From an uncultured Acidobacteriota bacterium (GTDB lineage: Bacteria > Acidobacteriota > UBA6911), in the NCBI GenBank assembly GCA_963843575.1, contig CAWJKZ010000025.1, positions 64,001 through 128,000 of the forward strand: a stretch of 64,000 nt of DNA. The letters are read 5' to 3'. Below the pieces are notes generated by a model, which saw nothing but the letters and a program-made list of their open reading frames with translations, was not told where the DNA came from and made no database searches. The number at the start of each line of letters is the position of its first letter. The first letter of the stretch is position 1. The translations under genes were made by a program, and so were the position numbers. This document shows positions 8,448-17,680 of this stretch, in pieces.

Positions 8448-9317
8448 ATGGACAAAAACCCTTCCGCCCTGCAGGTGTCCTGCGTTCAGCTGCGCTGGGC
8501 GCGTTCGCTCGAACGGAACCTGGAACGGACGCGGCACTTCATTAGGGCGGCCGCCGCGTGCGGCAGCCGTGTCGTCGTGTTCCCGGAAGCCAGCCTGACC
8601 AGTTACTATTTCCCGTACGTCATCGCGCTCGCACCCGAGGCGGTGGCCGCGGCGCTTTCCGAGACGTGCCGCGCGGCCGCCGAAAGCGGGATCTGGGTGA
8701 TCGCCGGGACGATCCGGAAGACGCCCGACTGGTTCCTGAACATCGCCCACGTGATTGCCCCCGACGGGCGCGTCGTGCACGAATATGCCAAGGTCAACCT
8801 CGCGGGACGCGACGAAAAGGCCTACTGCCGCGCCGGGACAAAAATGGCTTTCTTCGACGTCGACGGGATCCCCTGCACGCTGGTGATATGCCGGGACGGC
8901 CGCCACCCGGAACTTTACCGCGTCCCGGCGATGGCGGGCGCCCTCATCCTCTTCCAGCCGTCGTGCAGCTCCGACGAGATCGAGGATGTCTGCTGGAAGA
9001 GGACCGCCGGGCGGGCGCAGCAACCGGTCGGTCCCAACAGCAGGATCTTCCACTGTGTCGCCAACACGGTGGGGGAGTCTCCCGACGGCAAGCAGACTTC
9101 CAGCGGATCATCATTCATCCGGGAGCCCGGGGGCATCCCCCTGGCTGAGGCGGGATTCTACCAGGAGGAGATGATCACGGCGACTCTCGACCTGTCGCGC
9201 GCGGATCGTTCGTACATCCTGGACAGCATGAAAAACCCTCCCTTCATGGCCAAGTACTGGGAGGCGATGGTCGCGGAAATGCTGCAGCGCAAAGACAGAG
9301 AAGCGGGTGATGGGTAA
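8448..9317 (+). CDS. Carbon-nitrogen hydrolase (nitrilase superfamily)
   Basis: Catalytic triad FPEA / YAK / ICRD; SD GGAGG. Confidence 0.85.
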   Translation: MDKNPSALQVSCVQLRWARSLERNLERTRHFIRAAAACGSRVVVFPEASLTSYYFPYVIALAPEAVAAALSETCRAAAESGIWVIAGTIRKTPDWFLNIAHVIAPDGRVVHEYAKVNLAGRDEKAYCRAGTKMAFFDVDGIPCTLVICRDGRHPELYRVPAMAGALILFQPSCSSDEIEDVCWKRTAGRAQQPVGPNSRIFHCVANTVGESPDGKQTSSGSSFIREPGGIPLAEAGFYQEEMITATLDLSRADRSYILDSMKNPPFMAKYWEAMVAEMLQRKDREAGDG

Positions 9318-9393
9318 TGGGTGCTGGGTGCTGGGTTTTAGCGCGTGGTTCGCCCTGCGATCCGACACCCGGGGCCCAGAACCCAACACCCAC
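9305..9393. repeat. Inverted heptamer arrays (TGGGTGC-like / CCCA-like) between convergent genes
   Basis: gggtgat gggtaat gggtgct gggtgct gggt ... cccagaa cccaaca cccac. Confidence 0.55.
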
Positions 9394-9394
9394 T

Positions 9395-10747
9395 TTACGA
9401 CGGGCTGAGGCACTCGATGGCCCGCATGAGGAGGGAGTGGGCTTCCGGCTGGGTGGGAGCCTCGGCTATCAGCCGCAGTATCGGCTCGGTGTTGGACGGG
9501 CGGGCGTGCAGCCATCGATCGGGCCACAGCACCTTGACCCCGTCGGTGAGATCTACGGTCTCGCCCTGGAACAACTCCTGGAGCAGTCGAAGGGAGGGAG
9601 CCATGTCGCGCGCCGGGCACAAGAGCTTTTCCTTCACCATGGCATAGACCGGGATCCGTGCGCGCAGCGCGCTGAGGGTTCCCCCGGTTTCGGCCAGCGC
9701 ATCGAGGATCAGGGCCATGCCGACGAAGCTGTCGCGGCACGGATTGACCGAAGGGAGGATCACGCCCCCGTTTCCTTCTCCCCCGATTACGGCCCCGCAA
9801 CGGAAGATCTCCTCGACCACGTGTATCTCGCCGACCCTGGTGCGGTGCACGGGCACGCCGTGGGCGGCGGCGATGTCGTCGACCATCCGGCTGGTGGAAA
9901 CGTTGACGACCACCGGGCCGGGCGTGCGCTGCAGCTGGCGGAAGACAGCGAGTGCGACGCTGCAGTCCTCGCCGATCGGTTCACCGCGCTCGTTGACGAC
10001 GGCGAGGCGGTCGGCGTCGGCATCCTGGGCAAAGCCAACGTCCGCCCCCGCCGCGCTGACCAGCGCGCAGAGTTCGCCGATGTTTTCGGCCAGCGGCTCG
10101 GGGCCGCGGGGAAACGGCTTGCCGGTGTCGGTGTTGAGCCCGACGACCTCGCAGCCGAGTTCCGCCAGGAACTCCGGCGAAGCCTGGGACGCAGCCCCGT
10201 TGCAGCAATCGACGACGACCTTGAACCGGCGCGCGCGTATCGCCTCGACGTCGACGGCGGCCAGCACCGCTTCCCTGTGGCGGCGCAGCGTGGTGCCGTC
10301 GTGGCGTTCGTCCGGGATGTCCTTCGCCCCCACGCGCGAGAACACTCCCTGGTGGTACAGGTCGGTCAGTTCGGCAGCCTGGTTGGGGCGGAGCACGACG
10401 CCGTCGGGGCCGATGAACTTGAGGGCGTTCCACTCGATGGGGTTGTGGCTGGCGCTGATGCAGATGCCGCCGAAGGCGCCCGTTTGGCGCACGTGCAGCA
10501 TCAGGGCGGGGATGGGGACGATACCGACGTCGATCGGGGTGCAGCCCACGCTGAGGAGGCCCGCGACGGCTGCCTGCTTCATCATCTCGCGGGACGGCCG
10601 GTTGTCGGTGCCCAGGAGAATCGGGCCCGCGCCGCAGTAGTTGCCAAAGGCGGCCGCGAAGGAAGTGACGAGTTGAGGGGTGAGCGATTCGCCCACGATA
10701 CCCCGAACCCCCGAGATGCCGACCTTCAGCGAGAGTTGTCTCGGCAT
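9395..10747 (-). CDS. Phosphohexomutase (PMM/PGM/GlmM family), copy 2
   Basis: ISASHNP, QDADADR, GGEGNGG, RPSNTEP. Confidence 0.9.
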   Translation of the reverse strand: MPRQLSLKVGISGVRGIVGESLTPQLVTSFAAAFGNYCGAGPILLGTDNRPSREMMKQAAVAGLLSVGCTPIDVGIVPIPALMLHVRQTGAFGGICISASHNPIEWNALKFIGPDGVVLRPNQAAELTDLYHQGVFSRVGAKDIPDERHDGTTLRRHREAVLAAVDVEAIRARRFKVVVDCCNGAASQASPEFLAELGCEVVGLNTDTGKPFPRGPEPLAENIGELCALVSAAGADVGFAQDADADRLAVVNERGEPIGEDCSVALAVFRQLQRTPGPVVVNVSTSRMVDDIAAAHGVPVHRTRVGEIHVVEEIFRCGAVIGGEGNGGVILPSVNPCRDSFVGMALILDALAETGGTLSALRARIPVYAMVKEKLLCPARDMAPSLRLLQELFQGETVDLTDGVKVLWPDRWLHARPSNTEPILRLIAEAPTQPEAHSLLMRAIECLSPS

Positions 10748-12112
10748 TTACGCACCTCCGTGGCCGTGAGTTAAGCGCCTGGCGTGGGTGAGGGCGTCCT
10801 CCAGGAGCGCGTCGGCCGTGCCGGCGTCGTCCGCCTCCGCGATGATCCGCAGCAGCGGCTCGGTGTTCGAGGCCCGCACGTGGAGCCGCCCCTTCGGCCC
10901 GGCCAGCAGGACGCCGTCGGTGCAGTCGGGCGACTGGCCGGCGTAGTGCATGCGCAGCCTGTCCAGGACCCGGTAGACGAGGTTGGGGGGACAGGGCATT
11001 TCGTGCTTGCGCATCGCGTAACGCGGGAGTCGGTCGACGAGGCCCTCCAGGTTCTCCCCGCTGACGGCGATCTGCTCCATGACGAACCCGAGGGTCAGCA
11101 GGGCATCGAAGGTCATGCTGACGGGCAGGGCCGCGACGCCGCCCGAGCCTTCGCCGGCGAGCACCGCGTTTTCCGCCAGGCCCTGGTCGATGACGTGGCT
11201 CTCGCCGACCGCTGTGCGGATGACCTTCTGCCCGAACCCGGCGGCAACGGCCTCGATCATGCGCGAAGTGGAGTAGTTGGTCGCCACCGGACCCGGTCTT
11301 CGCTTCAGACGCGTCCCGGCGGCCAGGGGCAGGGCGTACTCCTCGGACAAGGCGCGGCCCGAGCCGGTGACGAACCCGATGCGGTCGCCGTCGATGTTCA
11401 GCGCGGCCCCGAAGTCCGCCTCCAGGCAGCGCATCAGCGCCGCCAGCTGGCGCATGTTGGTCGTGCTCGGAGCGGGGGCGTGGGCGAACTCCCCGGTCGG
11501 CTCCTCGTTGATGGGGAGCAGCGTGCAGCCGAGCGCCTCGAACAACCGGCCCGCGGCGGGGCCGCAGGCCCCGTTGCAGAAGTCTACGACGACCCGCAAG
11601 GCGCGCGCCCTTATGGCATCCACGTCCAGCGCGGCTAGGAGGTGGTCCAGGTAGCGGTCCATCAGTTCCGCCTCCCGCTGCACGGGACGAAGCTTGTCCC
11701 AGGAGGCTAGCAGGAAATTCGACCCGTGGTATATGTCGAGGAGTTCCTCGCTCTTGACCGCGTTGAGCAGCGCCCCGTCGGGGCCCGTGAATTTCAGCGC
11801 GTTCCAGCTCGCGTCGTTGTGGCTCCCGGTGATCGAGATCCCGCCGTCAGCGCCGGTCTCCCGGACCGCGAACGAGATCAGGGGGCTGGGGCAGATGCCG
11901 AGGTCCACCACTTCGCAGCCGGTCGACAGGAGCCCTGCCGTCACCGCGGCCCGCAGCATCGGGGAGGACCGCCGCGTGTCGCGCCCGATCACGACGGTCC
12001 CGCCGTCGCACCACGTGCCGAACGCGCCGGCGAAGTTGACTATCAGTTCCGGAGTGAGGGCTTCCCCTACCACGCCACGCACCCAGGAGGTTCCGATCTT
12101 CAGCTCTCTCAT
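10748..12112 (-). CDS. Phosphohexomutase (PMM/PGM/GlmM family), copy 1
   Basis: ITGSHND, NIDGDR, AGEGSGG, RASNTEP. Confidence 0.85.
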   Translation of the reverse strand: MRELKIGTSWVRGVVGEALTPELIVNFAGAFGTWCDGGTVVIGRDTRRSSPMLRAAVTAGLLSTGCEVVDLGICPSPLISFAVRETGADGGISITGSHNDASWNALKFTGPDGALLNAVKSEELLDIYHGSNFLLASWDKLRPVQREAELMDRYLDHLLAALDVDAIRARALRVVVDFCNGACGPAAGRLFEALGCTLLPINEEPTGEFAHAPAPSTTNMRQLAALMRCLEADFGAALNIDGDRIGFVTGSGRALSEEYALPLAAGTRLKRRPGPVATNYSTSRMIEAVAAGFGQKVIRTAVGESHVIDQGLAENAVLAGEGSGGVAALPVSMTFDALLTLGFVMEQIAVSGENLEGLVDRLPRYAMRKHEMPCPPNLVYRVLDRLRMHYAGQSPDCTDGVLLAGPKGRLHVRASNTEPLLRIIAEADDAGTADALLEDALTHARRLTHGHGGA

Positions 12113-13458
12113 CGACCTTCCCCCGGCCCCACCCCGATTCCGAACTCGGTCTTGAGGTCCTCGATGCAGCGCCTCGCCTCCGGCGATTTGGCGCGCAGCC
12201 TCTCGAAAAGCGTCAGCTGCACCATGGCCCGTGTCTTGTTGAGGTCGGGTGGGTCCGCGGGCCCGAGCCTGAAGTAACTGTCTCCGCGCAGATGGTCCGC
12301 CAGGAAGCGCAGCCCCAACTCCAGCGCGATGATCTCGACCGCATCGGTCATGAGATCGACCTCCGCCGCTCGCAGGTTACGCGCCGACCTCAGGAAGCCG
12401 CGCGCGACGGCACGATACACGTCCATGTCGACCTGGACCTTCTCCAGCCTCCGTTCCTTCTCGCCGGCGACGTTGACCAGGGACCGCACCATGTCCCCCC
12501 AGTCCGCCAGCCAGGTGTGGGGCATGATCGTGTCCATGTCTACGAGGGCCTTGACCCGGCGTGTGCGGGTGTTGAACAGGAAGTTGTCGAGCTTGGTGTC
12601 CCCGTGGATCGCCACCGTGCGGATTGCGCCCGACGCCATGCCGTCGAGGAGGGCCATACCGAATCGTTCCTCGTCCCCGGCCAAAGCGATGAAACGGCGG
12701 AGGTCCGGGTCTCCGGTGCGCCGGCGGCACTCGTCGTCGGGCAGGTGCAGCAGGAAGTGCTGTTCCGTGCTCTGCCGCACCACGGGGTCGGCCGGCAGCC
12801 AGCGCTCCGCCTGCTCGAGGCTGCGGCTCCCCTCCAGCACCGAGAAGAACTGGTTGTAGTACAGCCGGGTGTCCCGGTAGCCCGGGAGCGGGTTCTCCAG
12901 CCCCGAGACGTCCATGCCTGACGTCAGATAGCCGAACAGGGACAGCCCGCCGGCCGCCTGCGCGGCCACGTAGAGCCTCTCGTCGGGATCGCGTATCTCG
13001 CCCAGGCTCTTGAAGGTGAGCGCGTCGGGGATCTTGACCATCAGGCGCCAGCAACCGTATCCGCGGCGGTCCGTGACTTCGAGAAACGGCCGGTCGGCGC
13101 GGGTCGGGACGAGCGTGATGGTCTCCCACTCCTCGTCGTCTCTCAGGCGGGTCCGGGCCAGGCACTCTCTTTGCGCGTCGATGCAGGCGACCATCGCGTT
13201 CATCACCGAGCGCGGCCGGGTGAAAACCTGCTGGTTGATCCGCTGGAGCAGGTAGTCGCGCCCCGGGCCGGCGTGACCGGCGGTCAAGAGGTAGGTGTGC
13301 TGGTTGATGTTGCCCTTTTCCGGAAAGTCGTAGGCCTCCACAGGGGGCGGCAGGCGGAACCTGGACGCGAGCCGGTTGGCTTGAGCGACCGGGTACTCCT
13401 CCGAAATGCTCAGGCCCCTCGTGACTCGTCGCAGATCGGGCATGCCGATAGTCCCCAC
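12109..13458 (-). CDS. APH-fold sugar kinase (N-acetylhexosamine 1-kinase-like)
   Basis: GNIN..Y, LLQRIN..VF, IHGDTKLDNFLF, VDMDTIMP, DWGDMVRS, RFLADHLRGDSYF. Confidence 0.75.
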   Translation of the reverse strand: MGTIGMPDLRRVTRGLSISEEYPVAQANRLASRFRLPPPVEAYDFPEKGNINQHTYLLTAGHAGPGRDYLLQRINQQVFTRPRSVMNAMVACIDAQRECLARTRLRDDEEWETITLVPTRADRPFLEVTDRRGYGCWRLMVKIPDALTFKSLGEIRDPDERLYVAAQAAGGLSLFGYLTSGMDVSGLENPLPGYRDTRLYYNQFFSVLEGSRSLEQAERWLPADPVVRQSTEQHFLLHLPDDECRRRTGDPDLRRFIALAGDEERFGMALLDGMASGAIRTVAIHGDTKLDNFLFNTRTRRVKALVDMDTIMPHTWLADWGDMVRSLVNVAGEKERRLEKVQVDMDVYRAVARGFLRSARNLRAAEVDLMTDAVEIIALELGLRFLADHLRGDSYFRLGPADPPDLNKTRAMVQLTLFERLRAKSPEARRCIEDLKTEFGIGVGPGEGR

Positions 13459-13459
13459 G

Positions 13460-14755
13460 TTAGAGGCGCCAGAGGCTGACGCCGTCGGGTTTGGTCTCGC
13501 GTGGCAGCGTGTTCCGGATATCGGCGACGACCCCCTTACCCCCCCGCAGCAGCCTGGTCATCAACCCCCAACCCTCGGCGACGTACGCGTCGTGGGGGAC
13601 CGCGACCACGACGGCGTTGGCCGGCGTCAGTTTTTCGAGCGGGGTCAGCGTGATGCCGTATTCGTGCTGCGCCTCGTCCGGGTGCGCGATCGGGTCGTGG
13701 ATCTGCACGTCCATGTTGTACGACCTGAACGCGTGCAGGATGTCGATCACCCGGGTGTTGCGCAGGTCGCTCACATTCTCCTTAAACGTGAGCCCCAGGA
13801 TGGTGACCGTGGGCCGGGCGCCGTCGAACGTCACCCCGCCGCGCGCCAGGATGAGTTTCACCACCTCCTTGGCCACAAAGACGCCCATGCCGTCGTTGAT
13901 ACGGCGTCCCGAGAGTATCACCTGGGGGATGTATCCGAGCTGTTCAGCCTTGTGGGTCAGGTAATAAGGGTCGACCCCGATGCAGTGCCCCCCGACCAGC
14001 CCCGGGGAGAACCGCAGGAAGTTCCATTTCGTCCCGGCGGCGGCCAGCACGTCGTGGCAGTCGATCTTCATCCGGTGGAAGATGATGGCGAGCTCGTTGA
14101 CGAGCGCGATGTTCAGGTCGCGCTGCGTGTTCTCGATGACCTTGGCAGCCTCGGCCACCTTGATGGAGGCCGCCTTGAACACGCCCGCCTCGACCACCGA
14201 CCGGTACACTTCAGCCACGATGTCGAGCGTCTCCTGATCCTGGCCCGACACGACCTTGAGAATCCGGGTGAAGGTGTGTTCGTGGTCCCCGGGATTGATG
14301 CGCTCCGGGGAGTAGCCGACCTTGAACTCCCGGCCATACGCGAACCCGGATTCCTTCTCGAGAATCGGGACGCAGACCTCCTCGGTCGCCCCGGGGTACA
14401 CCGTCGACTCGTAGACGACGATGGCGCCGGGCGACAGGTTGCGGCCGACGGTTTCCGACGCCCGGACCAACGGGGTCAGGTCCGGCCGCTTCGCGTCGTC
14501 CACCGGGGTCGGTACCGCGACGATGATGAAATCCGCCTCCCGCAACCGGCAGGGATCGGAGGTGAATTCGGCCATCCCTTCCGCGAGATCCGCCCCGGAG
14601 ACGTCGTGGTTGCGGTCGTAACCGTTCATCAACTCCCGGATGCGTTGGTTGTTGATGTCGAAGGAGATTACCTTCCGTTTTCTGCCGAACGCGACTGCAA
14701 TCGGCAACCCGACGTAACCCAGCCCCACAACTGCGATCTTGCGGTCTTCACTCAT
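13460..14755 (-). CDS. UDP-N-acetylhexosamine 6-dehydrogenase (TviB/WbpO-like)
   Basis: GLGYVGLP, YESTVYPG, PERINPG, ENTQRD, GGHCIGVDPYYL. Confidence 0.9.
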   Translation of the reverse strand: MSEDRKIAVVGLGYVGLPIAVAFGRKRKVISFDINNQRIRELMNGYDRNHDVSGADLAEGMAEFTSDPCRLREADFIIVAVPTPVDDAKRPDLTPLVRASETVGRNLSPGAIVVYESTVYPGATEEVCVPILEKESGFAYGREFKVGYSPERINPGDHEHTFTRILKVVSGQDQETLDIVAEVYRSVVEAGVFKAASIKVAEAAKVIENTQRDLNIALVNELAIIFHRMKIDCHDVLAAAGTKWNFLRFSPGLVGGHCIGVDPYYLTHKAEQLGYIPQVILSGRRINDGMGVFVAKEVVKLILARGGVTFDGARPTVTILGLTFKENVSDLRNTRVIDILHAFRSYNMDVQIHDPIAHPDEAQHEYGITLTPLEKLTPANAVVVAVPHDAYVAEGWGLMTRLLRGGKGVVADIRNTLPRETKPDGVSLWRL

Positions 14756-14822
14756 GAAATCCCCCTAAAGCATATCGGATCCCGATACCGCCGCATTATC
14801 CGTACTTTGGCCGCCCGGACTT

Positions 14823-14988
14823 CAACAACACGGGCGATGAAAAACAAAAGCCAAAACAGAACGCAGATTCCGCGGATCCAACGGATTCACGCGGATCGAC
14901 CGCGGCCTGTCGCCAAGTCGATCTGTGGGGATCCGCGCGCATTCGCGTCCTGAAAAATACGTTAGCGTAGTTGTGAACATCAGTACTA
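14823..14988 (+). repeat. Repeat family B (MITE-like), left end missing
   Basis: Close match to about 55535-55698; ends in TACGTTAGCGTAGTTGTGAACATCAGTACTA. Confidence 0.85.
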
Positions 14989-15645
14989 AGGCACGTAGTC
15001 CCGGGCCACGGCATATTTCCCCAACTCGCCGTACTCCATTCCCCCGCCGCCCATCCCGGATGCCGGCGGTCTGGCATTCCCCCGCACCGCCCGAAATCGC
15101 TCCATGACGGCATTTCCCTCGTCCGCGCGTCCGCTCTGGATGAGCAGCATCCCGAGGTTGTAGAGTGCTCCCGCATGAGAGGGCTCCAGTTCCAGGCAAC
15201 GGCGCAAGGCGAGCTCCGCCGGCTCGAGCCGGCGCTCCCGCACATTGAGAACTCCGATGTGGTAATAACCTGCGGAGCACTCCGGGTCCAGTTCGATCAC
15301 CCGCCGGAAGCACTCGAGAGCCTCGGCGCTCGCGCCCTTGCCTTTCAGCACCAGTCCCAGGCAGTACTGGGCGGCCGCGTTTCTCTCGTTTCTTGTCAGC
15401 TCCCCGCGGAGCACGGACTCGGCGTCCGCGGGACTCAGGCCGTACAGGAGAGCGATCCCGAGATTGGTGCGCGCCAGATCGAAATCCGGGTCCGCCGCGA
15501 GAGCCTCCCTGAAGACGGCTGCCGCTTCCCGGAACAGGTGCTGGTTCATCTTGAGCACGCCCGCGCGGTTCAGTGCGACAGCCGCAGGAAACGGGGAGTG
15601 CGCCGTGGCCTGGATCAAGAGCAGCAGAAGGAGCACGCCCATCAC
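14986..15645 (-). CDS. Secreted TPR protein
   Basis: Signal peptide; TPR motifs ARTNLGIAL, AQYCLGLVL, GYYHIGVL, ALYNLGMLL. Confidence 0.8.
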   Translation of the reverse strand: MMGVLLLLLLIQATAHSPFPAAVALNRAGVLKMNQHLFREAAAVFREALAADPDFDLARTNLGIALLYGLSPADAESVLRGELTRNERNAAAQYCLGLVLKGKGASAEALECFRRVIELDPECSAGYYHIGVLNVRERRLEPAELALRRCLELEPSHAGALYNLGMLLIQSGRADEGNAVMERFRAVRGNARPPASGMGGGGMEYGELGKYAVARDYVP

Positions 15646-15715
15646 GACTCCGCCGATTCATCCGACATGTGCGGTCTCTTTCAGGTATTCTATCATTCTC
15701 GGTGGAGGATCCTTC

Positions 15716-16726
15716 ATGCTGATCAACCGGCAGGTTACGCTTGCAGCACGGCCCGTGGGGTACCCGAAGATCACCGATTTCAACCTGGTGGAAAAGCCAG
15801 TGCCGTCGCCGGCGGACGGGCAGTTGCTGATTCGAGTCGTCTACCTGTCGCTCGACCCCTACATGAGGGGCCGTATGAACGACGGACGTTCGTACGCGGT
15901 GGGACTGGGGATCGGCGACGTAATGGTCGGGGGAACGGTCGGCAAGGTAATAGAGTCCAGGCACCCGGACTACCGCCGCGGGGATATCGTGGAGGGTGGG
16001 TTGGGGTGGCAGGAATACGCCGTTTCCGACGGTTCGGACCTGCGCAAGGTGGATCCAAACCTGGCCCCCGTCTCGACAGCCCTCGGGGTATTGGGGATGC
16101 CGGGCCTGACGGCGTATTTCGGCGTGATCGAGATCGCCCAGCCGCGCGCCGGCGACACGGTGGTGGTCTCCGGCGCCGCCGGGGCAGTCGGCTCGGTCGC
16201 GGGGCAGGTTGCGAAAATACAGGGTTGCCGGGTGGTAGGGATAGCCGGATCAGACGCCAAGATCAACTACATCGTGGGCGAACTCGGGTTCGACGCCGCG
16301 TTCAACTACAAGAGCGTGGAAAACTATTACGAAGTGCTGCGGGAGATCTGCCCCGAGGGGATCGACGTCTACTTCGACAACGTCGGTGGGCCGATAAGCG
16401 ACGCCGTGTTGAGGTTGCTCAGGCCGAGGGCCAGGATCGCCGTCTGCGGCCAGATCTCCCAGTACAACCTGGAGAAACCGGAAATGGGGCCGCGCCTTCT
16501 GCCTGCGCTGCTGACCAGGCAGGCGCGCGCCGAGGGGTTCCTGGTGTTCCAGTTCGCGGAGCGTTATCCCGCCGGGTTGCAGCAGCTGGCACAGTGGCTG
16601 AAGGAAGGCCGGCTGAAATATCGGGAAGACATCGTGGAAGGCATTGAAAACGCCCCCGGCGCCTTTATCGGCATGCTGCAGGGACACAACATGGGCAAGC
16701 AGCTCGTCAAACTGTCCGTCCCTTAA
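15716..16726 (+). CDS. NADPH-dependent oxidoreductase (CurA/prostaglandin reductase-like MDR)
   Basis: YLSLDPYMRGRM, GMPGLTAY, SGAAGAVG, YFDNVGG, CGQISQYN; SD GGAGGA. Confidence 0.9.
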   Translation: MLINRQVTLAARPVGYPKITDFNLVEKPVPSPADGQLLIRVVYLSLDPYMRGRMNDGRSYAVGLGIGDVMVGGTVGKVIESRHPDYRRGDIVEGGLGWQEYAVSDGSDLRKVDPNLAPVSTALGVLGMPGLTAYFGVIEIAQPRAGDTVVVSGAAGAVGSVAGQVAKIQGCRVVGIAGSDAKINYIVGELGFDAAFNYKSVENYYEVLREICPEGIDVYFDNVGGPISDAVLRLLRPRARIAVCGQISQYNLEKPEMGPRLLPALLTRQARAEGFLVFQFAERYPAGLQQLAQWLKEGRLKYREDIVEGIENAPGAFIGMLQGHNMGKQLVKLSVP

Positions 16727-16860
16727 TACCCGATTTCATAAACACGCTAACGTATTCCTGGGATGGAACTGCCCACCGCACAGCAGAACGCGGATCGGGC
16801 GCGACCTGTCACCAGGTCGATCTCCTGGGAACGTGAGCGTATTTGTGAACACGAGTACTA
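16724..16860 (+). repeat. Repeat family B, short copy with both TIRs
   Basis: TAATACCCGATTTCATAAACACGCTAACGT ... ACGTGAGCGTATTTGTGAACACGAGTACTA. Confidence 0.7.
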
Positions 16861-16909
16861 AGTACGCGCCGGCCGATGCCTTTGCTTTTGATCCGCGTGG
16901 ATCTGTGTC

Positions 16910-17680
16910 CTATAGCCGTCTGATGGAGAACCCCCCGTCGACCTGGAGGACCTGCCCGGTGGAGTAGGGGAGGTCCCCGCGCACCAGCATGGCGACAGCC
17001 TTGCCCACGTCGTCCGGGGTGCCCCAGCGCGCCTGAGGGAGCATTCCCTGCCGGAGCAGCGCGTCGTACTTCTCCCGGACGCCGGCCGTCATGTCTGTCT
17101 CGATTATGCCCGGGCGGACCTCGTACACCGGGATGTCGAACTCCGCCAGCCGCGCCGCCCAGAGCGAAGTAGCCATGGCGACCCCTGCCTTGGAAATGCA
17201 GTACTCACCCCGGTTGGTCGAGGCCGCCGTCGCCGAGACCGACGACACGTTGACGACGCACCCCGAGAAACCGGGGATCGCCTTCTTTTGTTCTATCATC
17301 CAGCGCGCCACGGCCTGGGTCAGGAAATAGGGGCCCCGGAGGTTGGTGCGTATTACCCGTTCGAAGCTCTCCTCGGTGGCTTCGAGAATGTCGCGGCGTT
17401 CGATCGGGGCCACGCCGGCGTTGTTGACCAGGACGTTCAGCCGCCCGAGGGCCTCGCGCACCCCGGACACCAGGTTTAGGCGTGACGCCGGGTCGCCGAC
17501 GTCGGCCTGAAAATAGCAGGCGCGGCTCCCGCCATCCTCGAGTTCCCGCAGAACCGGTTCGACATCCTGCCGGGGCCGAACCCCGCAGAGCGCGAGATCG
17601 TATCCCTCCCGGCACAACCGGCGGGCGATGCCGAGCCCGATGCCGCGAGCTCCACCGGTGATGAGGGCCGCTTTTTTCAC
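16910..17680 (-). CDS. SDR oxidoreductase (3-ketoacyl-ACP reductase-like, probably sugar-acid)
   Basis: ITGGARGIG, NNAG, YCISK; GTG start overlaps the upstream stop. Confidence 0.85.
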   Translation of the reverse strand: MKKAALITGGARGIGLGIARRLCREGYDLALCGVRPRQDVEPVLRELEDGGSRACYFQADVGDPASRLNLVSGVREALGRLNVLVNNAGVAPIERRDILEATEESFERVIRTNLRGPYFLTQAVARWMIEQKKAIPGFSGCVVNVSSVSATAASTNRGEYCISKAGVAMATSLWAARLAEFDIPVYEVRPGIIETDMTAGVREKYDALLRQGMLPQARWGTPDDVGKAVAMLVRGDLPYSTGQVLQVDGGFSIRRL

